From assembly GCA_951406725.2 (NCBI GenBank), contig OX597832.1:29326001-29390000 (forward strand): DNA of 64,000 bases, in the 5' to 3' direction. The notes under the pieces are model-generated. The model worked only from the letters and a program-made list of their open reading frames with translations. It was not told the origin of the DNA and did no database searches. This document shows positions 27,001-38,873 of the stretch, one piece after another. Position 1 is the stretch's first letter, and each line of letters starts with the position of its first letter. A program made the position numbers and the translations under genes. This DNA comes from Octopus vulgaris (taxonomy: Eukaryota).

Positions 27001-28816
27001 AGGAGAAATACCTAGCCAAAGATAAGCCCTTGTACCTGGCTTTTGTTGACTTGGAGAAAGCCTTTGACAGGGTCCCCCGATCCCTTATCTGGTGGTCAAT
27101 GAGGAAACTAGGGATAGATGAATGGTTAGTGAGAGCTGTGCAAGCCATGTACAGAGACGCTGCTAGTAAGGTGAAGGTTGGCAACGAGTACAGTGAAGAA
27201 TTCCGGGTAGAGGTTGGGGTCCACCAAGGTTCAGTCCTCAGTCCCCTCCTATTTATCATAGTCCTCCAGGCAATAACGGAGGAATTCAAGACAGGATGCA
27301 CCTGGGAGCTCCTCTATGCTGATGACCTTGCTCTAATTGCTGAGTCACTATCAGAACTGGAGGAGAAGTTTCAGGTGTGGAAACAAGGATTAGAATCGAA
27401 GGGCCTTAGAATCAACCTAGCCAAAACCAAAGTCCAAATAAGTAGGAAGGTGGACCAATCACAAACGACTTCAGGTAGATGGCCCTGCTCAATCTGTAAA
27501 AAAGGTGTAGGTAGAAACTCTATAAGGTGCACCAAGTGTAAGCTATGGACACATAAGAGGTGCAGCAATGTCAAAGGAAGGCTAACTAGGAAAATAGTTT
27601 TTGTCTGTGGCAGATGCTCAGGAGCAATAAACACTGGAAATGTGCAGAGACCAACTTCTACCACGTTCCAGGGAGACAAACTAGAAGTAGTTGATAGCTT
27701 CTGCTACCTAGGAGACCAAGTCAGTAGTGGGGGTGGGTGTGCTGAAAGTGTAACTGCTAGAGTAAGAATAGCCTGGGCAAAGTTTAGAGAGTTCTTACCC
27801 CTGCTGGTGACAAAAGGCCTCTCGCTCAGAGTAAAAGGCAGACTGTATGATGCATGTGTACGTACAGCCATGCTGTACGTACAGCCATGCTGTATGATGC
27901 ATGTGTACGTACAGCCATGCTACATGGTAGTGAAACATGGGCTGTGACTGCTGAGGATATGCGTAAGCTCGCAAGAAATGAAGCCAGTATGCTCCAATGG
28001 ATGTGTAATGTCAGTGTTCATAATCGTCAGAGTGTAAGTACCTTGAGAGAAAAGTTGAACCTAAGAAGCGTCAGTTGTGGTGTGCAAGAGAGATGGCTGC
28101 GCTGGTATGGTCATGTGACAAGAAAGGCTGAAGATAGTTGTGTGCAAAAGTGCTACACCCTAGCAGTTGAGGGAACCTGTGGAAGAGGTAGACCCAGGAA
28201 AACCTGGGACGAGGTGGTGAAGCACGACCTTTCGAACTTTAGGTCTCACTAAGGAAATGTCTAGAGACCGAGACCTATGGAAGTATGCTGTGCGTGAGAA
28301 GACCCGGCAAGACTAGCCAGGCCATAACCCGTGGCCCCTACCTGGGACGTAGTCAGTCCACCTCTGCATATCTTCCTTCTTGTGACACTTGTGAAGACCT
28401 GTTGAGGCAAGTGAAAATCAAATCAAAACAAATCAAAATAGATGAACATCAATGGAATTTGTATCTTTGTGATACCAGTGCCGGTGGCACACAAGAAAAC
28501 CATCCGAACGTGGCCGTAGCCAGTACCGCATCGACTGGCCTCTGTGCTTTGAGCGTGGCCGTCTGCCAGCCTCGTCTGGCACCTGTGTCGGTGGCACATA
28601 AAAAACACCATCCGAGCGTGGCCGTTCACCAGCCTTGTCTGGCACCTGTGTCGGTGGCACATAAAATCACCCACTACACTCTTGGAGTGGTTGGCGTTAG
28701 GAAGGGCATCCAGCTGTAGAAACACTACCAGATCTGACCTGCCTGGTGCAGCCTGCGGGCTCCCCAGACCCCAGTTGAACCGTCCAACCCATGCTAGCAT
28801 GGAAAGCGGACGTTAA

Positions 28817-28848
<32 letters not shown>

Positions 28849-31800
28849 GAGGGATGACAAGTATGTGGACATCCATATACGAGAAGTAGATCTGCTATGG
28901 TCTTACCACTAAGAAAGAAAATTTTAGAAATTTATTTATATATATATTTTAGAAATTTATTTATATATATATATAGCTATATATGCATATATAGATAGAT
29001 AGATAGATTTATACAGACTAGGATAAGGGGGAGAACACAACAGTGATGTATAGAGAACAGGGATATATGCATTGATACAGAGGGAAGACACAAAAATGGT
29101 GTGTATTATTGATTAGGCTCCTGTCTGCCATATGTCAGGGGTGAAGGAGAGATAGGTGTGATCTTCGTCTTTTCCTCAAACATTTAAGGGTGACATTGAA
29201 GTAGAAATGGATTGGAACTGCTTCCATAGCGCTAGTAACTCCTACATGCCAACACTTACCGAAAATGTATACAGGACATTGAGGAGCTCATAAATGGGGA
29301 CAGGGAAGGCATGGCCATAACGTTTAGGGGGTGGGGTGTAACAGAGATTGAATAATATTCAAGGATTATTAAAAAAAGAAGAAAAAAAAGATGGGAAAAA
29401 AGATTTTTAAAACGTACAAATTAGTTTAGAAAATGTAAAATTGTACACTAAATGTAGATCTATCAGGGATTGAACCAGTAACAAGCTAGTATACCAAACA
29501 AAACATTAATGAGTCAGAGTGAAGGAAAAGTCTTCAATTTTGGAAAATTTTTGGTTGGAACTGTTTCGCATGCTTAATTAATGTCTATAGGAAAAGCATG
29601 AAGGTCACAACTTCCAATAACAGTTCTTATAAAAACCAAAACTGCATGTTTATCTAAGAAGTTCTTATTAAACGAATGAGAGTTATCAGAAAACTTTATT
29701 CTAATTCTGACATCATCATTTGTTATCCTAAACACTCATGGGAATGTGATGAAGACCTCAGCATCCTTTTATAGTCGTCCAGGAAAACCTATGAACCTAA
29801 AGATATATGTTAAAGAAGTCAGATTTTTTTTTGATATTTCTTGAAGAATTATGCTTTAACTACATCAATGGAGAGAGACATCGCCTCTGTGTGGAACTCA
29901 GGTGACTGCTTCCGTTTCCATGGAACAAACAGAAGATCAAATGCTTCACAAACGATAGGCACCATGTCTGGGAAAGCTAGGACTAATACAGAATAGAGGG
30001 GACTGTACAGGCAAACTCCACAATGCCAGTGGTGGGATAGAATATACCCAGTCTACACAGAACATCCCAAAACAGTTTAGGCTCAATAGAAACATTAGGC
30101 GGCAAGCTGGCTGAAATGTTATCATGCTGGGCGAAATGCTTAGTGGTATTTCGTCTGCTGTTACGTTCTAGGTTCAAATTCTGCCGAGGTCGACTTTGCC
30201 TTTCATCCTTTCGGGTTCGATTAAATAAGTACCAGTTATGCACTGGGGTCGATGTAATCGACTTAATCCGTTTGTCTGTCCTTGTTTGTCCCCTCTGTGT
30301 TTAGCCCTTTGTGGGTAGTAAAGAAATAGGTATTTCGTCTGTCTTTACGTTCTGAGTTCAAATTTCACCAAGGTCGACTTTGCCTTTCATCCTTTCAGGT
30401 TCAATTAAATAAGTACCAGTCATACACTGGGGTCAATATAATCGACTTAACCCCTTTGTCTGTCCTTGTTTGTCCCCTTTATGTTTAGCCCTTTGTGGGC
30501 AATAAAGAAATAAGAAACACTGAAGAATACAACAGCAACTGGCATTCATGGCATAACAAAACACAGGACACACAGACCATGATGGTGATGATGATGATGA
30601 CAATAAAAACAATGACTGACATTGAAATATATGAAGAAAAACACTGACAACAAAAGAAAACAATTAGAACATTGCAGAACGTTTGGTAATTAAAACAATA
30701 ACCTGTAACAGTAAACGAACCAACATTATGTACATGTACAGAATTATGTATAGACAGAAAGATGTAGAAGTGGATTATGTGTGTGGAGAGAGAGAGAGAG
30801 AGAGAGATGTGGTAACAAACCTTTGTAATTTTTGATAAGGCCACGCCTCATTAGAGGAAGACAAAGAGGGATATAGTGTTCATGGCTACAAACTATCCTA
30901 AGGAACTCGAATTTCATTTGTTGGAATACCTGTGCCAGAGAAAAAACAAAAAACAGAAACAACAATGGTTAGGAATAATTCCCAAGAGCAGAAATGGTAA
31001 AAGTAACATTCATCAATAATAATAATAATAATAATAATAACCTGTAGTTTAGAAGATGTTAACAATGTTACTGGATCTGCTATGAATAGCAGCTAAATAT
31101 CCCTCAATTACAGACACCCTAATGTCTGTAAAAAAGGACTCGTTTAATAATGTAGTCTTAGATACATAATGAGTAAATAATGATGGGAAGGTCGTTTCAG
31201 GAATATTTTTTATAAGTGCAGCTGGTTGGCGTTAGGAAGGGTATCTAGCAGTAGAAACACTGCCAGATCAGACTGGAGCTTGGTGCAGCCTCCTGGCTTC
31301 CCAGACCCCAGTCAAACCGTCCAACCCATGCTAGCATGGAAAACAGACGTTAGACGATGATGATGATAATGATGATGTGCTGGATCAAGGCTTACCTAGG
31401 GCTAAAGAACAACTACACGGAAAGCTACATTAGATAATTGAGTCCTTGATAACATTGTCTCAGTAGAAGACAGGATGGTCATGGTTGGAACATCTCTGGC
31501 CAGTTGGATCATAGCTAAACTGGGACTAAGCAACAAAGAAGATTACATTAGATAGTGGAGTCTTTGATACATTATGTCTCAAAACCAGAAAGCCATGGCT
31601 GGACAGCTTTGACCATAGGCTGACCTGTGGCTGAACAACAATAACAATAACTAAATATTGTATCCAATCCTTCTTCCCCAGAACAATATCCTTCTGAAAC
31701 TATTACTGCAACCAGACGTCAGTAATAATCCAAACACACAACTTTATCTTAAGCCAATAATCTCTTTAATCCAATCCAGGCATGTGGATCAAGGTCTTCT

Positions 31801-32865
31801 GTAACACAACAGAACCAAAAGTGACTTCTGACGTTGGTTTAAGGCTAAAAATTTATGTCCCCCTTGAAGAGATGGACAATGAAGTCAACCATGGCAGGAT
31901 CTAAACATCAAGCCATAGAAACCATGCCAAAACAAACAATGGAGCCTGGTGCAGCTCCTGTCCGACTGTCCAATCCATGCCAGCAGGGAAAAGAGACATT
32001 AAATGATGATGATGATGATATTTATGAAAAGTTCATCATAAATTTAACATAATTCTGTTGTTTAGTTTCTATGGAAACAGCTTAATCAAATCAATAGAAA
32101 GGATGAAAAATAAAGGAAAGAGTCTTTTTTTGGTTTATCCTAAAGTAATTAATGAAAAGTCAATGAGAAAATCAATAACATATTTAAATATTTAATTAGT
32201 TAATGAAAGAAATAATAATAAACCTTAATAAATTAACCTTTACTTCTAGGAGATCCTAAATACTGTCTACGTTCATCATCATCATCATCGTTTAACGTCA
32301 GTTTTCCGTGCTAGCATGGGTTAGATGGTTTGACCGGGGTCTCGGAAGCCAGGAGGCTGCCCCAGGCTCCAAAAGAAACTAAGAGTCATTAGCTTTCACC
32401 TCCAGGAGATTCTAAATACAGGGTTACCCTAATCAATATGTTCACAGCTCTTTGAACAGCGAACAATATTTGTGGTTTATGTTGAAATTTAAGGACGTAA
32501 TTCTTTGATCAACAGCTGGCACCCGGGACCAGACCTTAACTCTTTCTTCAATCCACAGTTGACATCCAGAACTGACCCATGACTGGTCCTTAATAATTAT
32601 CATTCTAATCAGGACAAGATACCAGTAGAGTCTCATTAAACAATTATATTAATTACTGTGTTTATATATATATATATATATATACCGGAGTAAACACATA
32701 AATGTGAAACAAGGTGGAAAAAAGAGTACTCAAATACCAGTAGTAGAGTAATATGCTTTATTTAAAGCAGCAGAAAATTCAACAAAACCTGTTACTCTGA
32801 GTTTCACGGCAACGTGAAACTCAGAGTAACAGGTTTTGTTGAATTTTCTGCTGCTTTAAATAAAG

Positions 32866-32919
<54 letters not shown>

Positions 32920-35790
32920 AATATATTTTTTATTTTTCTTTCCAGGTGAAGGCTAGTTTATGGGGTTACTCTGGGTTTCCCGTCCATAAAGGGTTTAACT
33001 TTATGGCATATCTTCAGACCCCAAACCTGTTGACCTATGACCCGTCTATATATATGTAAAACATTAGACATACCTTTGTATCTCTAACACTGAAGTTCTC
33101 CATGTAGGTGCTGATGATTCGAAACACAAAACCTCGATCAATTAGTGTAAATAAATGCTGAATGAAATTGAAAAAAGAGACGTTAGAATATTACAGAGAA
33201 AATATCAGAATGGAAACGTAACAGTGAAAACATCACAACAGGAATGTCATGAAAGAGAGGTTAAGGCGGAAATGTCATGGTGAAAATATTGCAACACGAA
33301 TGTCACAATGGAAATGTCACAGAGAAAATTCAGCAGAAATGTCATGGTGGGAATGTCATGGCAAAAATGTCATGGTAGAAATGTCATGGCTGAAATGTCA
33401 CAGAGAAAATTCAGCTGAAATGTCATGGTGAGAATGTCATGCCAGAAGTGTCATGGTGGGAATGTCACAGCAGAAATGTCACAGTGAAAATATCACAACA
33501 CAAATGTCACAATGGAAATGACACGGAGAAAATTTAGTGGAAATGTCACGGTGGAAATGTCACAGTGAAAATATCACAACACAAATGTCACAATGGAAAT
33601 GTCACGGTGGAAATGTCACGGTGGAAATGTCATGGCGGAAATGTCACAGTGAAAATATCACAACACAAAGGTCACAGTGGAAATGTCACGGTGGAAATGT
33701 CACGGCGGAAATGTCATGGCAGAAATGTCACAGTGAAAATATCACAACACAAATGTCACAATGAAAATGTCACAGTGGAAATGTCATGGTGGAAATGTCA
33801 TGGTGGAAATGTCATGGCGGAAATGTCATAGTAGAAATGTCATAGTAGAAATGTCATGGCGGAAATGTCATAGTAGAAATGTCAGGGCAGAAATGTCGTG
33901 GTGGAAATGCTACAGTGATTATGTTACAATTGCAATGAACCACTGGAAATTTGACCAATCCCAGAAGTTCCTAAACACAGCCATTTCTTCTTCATTAAAA
34001 TCATAATAATAACTGGTGCTATGTCTTTTCGTCCGACGTCACTTCATCAAATGTCTTTTCATACATGTCTTTTAGTCTTTTCGTCTGAAGATTATTTTTT
34101 GTCTAATGACATTCTTATCAATAAAATTCTCAATGATTCTTTGATTTTGATGTTCAGTTTGTCTTCTAACGAGTTTATTTAAAATTGGACAAAAAAAAAA
34201 ATCATCAGACCAAAAGACATGGACAAAGTGACGTTGGACAAAGTGACATCAGACGAAAAGTCGGGTCACGAAAATAAGCACCCCAATACTGCCCGTTCAC
34301 CCTTCCCAATTTGGACTCTTCCATTAAAGACACAAACAAAGAAAGAAAATGGAATCATATGATAAAAGGAACTAAAGTATTCACCTTGATAAATGTGGCA
34401 AGGCTGTGGTTGGCAGTACTGGCATCCGTTGAGATATCATCCTGTTTCTGGTACAAATGAGGGTAGATGGCTTGGATCAGGTTCTGGATGCGGAACTGGT
34501 AATCTGAGGAAAACCGCTCATTTCTTGGCATCTGAAGAATTTTTTGGGAAAAAAAATATTGACAATATTAACATTAGTGGCATTCTACTAAAACATTGTT
34601 GGAGCTAATGGTATGAGTGTAGATATAAGGCAGTGAGCTGGCAGAAACGTTAGCACGCCAGGCGAAACGCTTAGCGGTATTTTGTCTGCCACTACATTCT
34701 GAGTTCAAATTCTGCCGAGGTCGATTTTACCTTTCATCCTTTCAGGGTCAATAAATTAAGCACCAGGGTCAATGTAATTGGCTTATCCCCTCCCCTCAAA
34801 TTTCAGGTTTTGTGCCTGTAGTACAAAGGATTATATACATATTTCTTTACTGCCCACAAGGGGCTACACACAGAGAGGACAAACAAGGACAGACAAACGG
34901 ATTAAGTCGATTACATCGACCCCAGTGCGTAACTAGTACTCAATTTATCGACGCCGAAAGGATGAAAGGCGAAGTTGACCTCAGCGGAATTTGAACTCAG
35001 AACATAGTGGCAGACGAAATACGGCTAAGCATTTCGTCCGGCATGCTAACGTTTCTGCCAGCTCCCCACCGCCTTCAAAGGATTATATACAACTGCATGC
35101 TTTACAACAGCAACGTCTGTTTGGGCATGGAAGGAAGAATAAGGAGCAAGTGTGTCCCCTTACCTTAATTCTCTCTGTTTCAATGAGGTACTGAGCCATA
35201 CTTTTGATTAGAATCTCAAAAAAGAACCAGGAATGTTTTAGGAAACGACTGACCACCGACTGGTCAGCATTTATAGGGCGGAGTAAAACTGTGAGGTTTT
35301 TGGCCAATTCTTCATGTACTGTCTTCACTTTGGTTCCTTTGGGGCTCGGTAAGGTCTTGAAGACATACTGCAATAGAGAAATAGAAGAAGGAGAAGTCAT
35401 ACTGTATACACTCTGGCAGCTTACACACCACTCTAAATGTGTGTATGCAGATGTGTGAATATATATATATATAAATCATCATCATCATCGTTTAACGTCC
35501 GCTTTCCATGCTAGCATGGGTTGGACAATTTGACTGAGGACTGGCGAACCAGATGGCTGCACCAGGCTTCAATCTTGATCTGGCAGAGTTTCTACAGCTG
35601 GATGCCCTTCCTAACACCAACCACTCCGAGAGTGTAGTGGGTGCTTTAACGTGCCACCGGCACAGGTGCCAGTCGGGCGATACTGGCTTGAAACTTTTAC
35701 ACATGCCACTGGCACAGGTGCCAGTAAGGCGATGCTGGTAATGATCATGCTTGAATGGTGTCTTTTACGTGCCACCATCACGGAGGCCAG

Positions 35791-35848
<58 letters not shown>

Positions 35849-36986
35849 CATCTCTGTTTACTACAATAACACATATTGCCATATTGCCATCACTGTACAA
35901 GATACCACATCACCACTACACCAACACACTGCCACAATTCACTCCTGCACCAGCACCACCATCACAACAATTACTACTACACTATACCAGCAACACACCA
36001 CCACAACACACTCCACCACTACCACCAGAAATGACTGCTACTATACCATACCAGCAACACGCCACCACCATCACTGCAGTCACAACAACCACCACAATAT
36101 TCCACTCACCTTGACATAAGCTTGAAGAATGTCTGGTTTGCCGACATTGTTAACTTCAGAGACAATGTGTATAAGAACCCTGGAAAACATGAAAGGTTAC
36201 TGATGAATGGGGTAGCTGAAGGCATAGGGGAAAGGGTATTAAGGTTAACGAAAGGGTACCATAGTGGGTTAACAATAGGTTTATCTAAACTACTCATAAA
36301 ATGAACGAAACTGCCTGAGTGGGTCAATGGTGGGTTAACTGATGGGTAAAACCTGCCATGAGTTAAGTGTGGGGCCCAGGTTTTCAAGGACCAGTCTGTC
36401 AAGGACCAGCCTGTCAATGAACTGACCCAACATTTCCTCTGTGTGTTGTAAAAGGTGACTAAAAGAAATTGAGGTGGGATCTGCACTCTGACCTTGTAAA
36501 AGCAATGACTACTGAAAAAAATAGACCCATGTGTTGGGGGACTGACACCTGAGTGATACAAAAGTGTTGTCTGCTGCTATCTCTGAAGAGTGCAGGGTTA
36601 CATAGTTGTACTGTTACCTAACACTCCGTTAAACCCCTAGTGCGAAACTGATTGGTAAGGTCGGCCATAATGGATATAGGATACTGTACACTTAGATTTT
36701 GACTGAGGGCTGGTGAACCAGATGGCTGCACCAGGCTCCAATCTTGATCTGGCAGAGTTTCTACAGCTGGATGCCCTTCCTAATGCCAACCAGTCCGAGA
36801 GTGTAGTGGGTACTTTTTATATGCCACTGGCACGGAGGCCAGTCAGGCGGTACTGGCAATGACCTCGCTCGAATGTTTTTATACATGCCACCGGCACAGG
36901 TGCCAGTAAGGCGACATTGGTAATGATCAATATGTGATTTTCTGACTTTCTGTGTGTGTGTATGTGTATATATATATATATACACA

Positions 36987-37020
<34 letters not shown>

Positions 37021-38825
37021 GGGAAAGCACACCTCAACATTTGTACTATCCAAAGGGCTTTTTAACCTGATATTTATACACTATTATTGTTTATAGCTTC
37101 ATCTGCTTTGAGTTCAACCATTAAAAACAAATTATTTCACACTCTCTCTAAGTTTCTAAATTCTTATGATGTCAAAATCTGCGTGCGTGAGAGAGAGAGA
37201 GAGAGAGAGATACTGTACCTTGCAGCATTCATGGCTATGTCTTCATTGTGTGTTCTGGCAATGAGTCGGAACAACTGGTTGAGAATTGTTGGTAGGAAGT
37301 TGATGAAGGTACTCACTTCAACAGCATGAAGGGACTGAAACGGAAGACAGGTGAGAAAGGTTAATTACAAATCTGAGACAACAGAAGTCACTGTGTTGAT
37401 GATGACGACGATGATGATGATAATGATGGTGACAGTAGTGGTAGCAGTGATGATGATACTAACAACAGGGGGTGGGGTGGAGTTAAAGAGGGATGGTAGA
37501 AATTTTTCAAGGAGAGGAGGAAATGGAAATTGTATCTGTAAGTAACTTTGAAGTAATTCCAGAAATAACTTGTTTTTTTTTAAATCTTTTTTTTTATATC
37601 TAAGTTCAGTAAATATAGGCGCAGGGGTGGCTGTGTGGTAAGTAGCCTGTCTACCAGCCACATGGTTCCGGGTTCAGTCCCACTGCGTGGCACCTTGGGC
37701 AAGTGCCTTCTACTATAGCCTCGGGCCGACCAAAGCCTTGTGAGTGGATTTGGTAGACGGAAACTGAAAGAAGCCCGTCGTATATATGTATATATATATG
37801 CGTGTGTGTGTTTGTGTGTCTGTGTTTGTCCCCCTAGCATTGCTTGACAACCGATGCTGGTGTGTTTATGTCCCCGTCATGCTGGTGTGTTTATGGTGTG
37901 TTGCTCGATTAAAGGCGGTGCTCCAGCATGGCCGCAGTCAAATGACTGAAACAAGTAAAAGAGTAAAAGAGAGTAAAGAGTAAATATACCCTAAACATGA
38001 AGTTTACATGTGGTTCTTGGGAAATGCATGCACATCACACACTCCAATTGCTTCATCTCGGTGTATATGTTCTGTATATATATAGATGTTCAGTTAGAAC
38101 AGACTATACTGCGGTAGATACCATGAGAGAAACTCTTGTATTGGCTTTTGGTGTAAAATGCACTCTTGTTAAGTGATGATGATGATGATGATGATGATTA
38201 CTAGCAAGAAGATAAATCCCCACCATCTCCAGTGCCATGACCACCAGATCATGTGATTTTGACCTTAATTGCTCTCGTTAATGACGGCTGCCCGACCACT
38301 AGAGATAGCAGTGACTCATTTCCCTGCTCATCATCATCATCATCAAGTGTTTTAAATCCGGGTTTTGTCCCCGTTAACAGGGGTGGCTGGATCTACCTCA
38401 ATGCCATAGCAACTGAAGTAGGCAGGTGCAGCCCACCCCAACCTTTGGGTAAGAATTACTGCAACTGGAGACCCTTCCAGTCACCAACCAATTTACAGAA
38501 TGTACTCGATGTATTCTATGTTGACCTCAGCACAAATGAGGTAGTCTAATCTCTGTATGACTAAGGAGTCCTCTTTGCTTTATGATGTCTCTATTGTTTG
38601 AAGGCAAATGTGAACTCGAGGGAGACTAGAGGAGAGAGAGAGTGAAGGTTAAGAGAGTGGAGGATGAAAGAGAATGATTTTGTTGGGGAGAGAAGAATGT
38701 AATGAGTCAGTGGTAGCTAGATGATGGTTGTTGGTAAGGAGGTTGACTTAGAAAAAAGCAAGACGCTGCATGATGGGAGAGCCATAAAAATGAGTGGTCA
38801 TGAATAAGAACAGTGATAGTAAGGT

Positions 38826-38873
<48 letters not shown>

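Noticed and set aside
26870-27679. Minus-strand ORFs of 143 and 102 aa
   Set aside because: Antisense shadows of the LINE RT ORF.
33240-33910. Regularly spaced repeats resembling a CRISPR array or repeat protein
   Set aside because: No unique spacers; eukaryotic intronic minisatellite.
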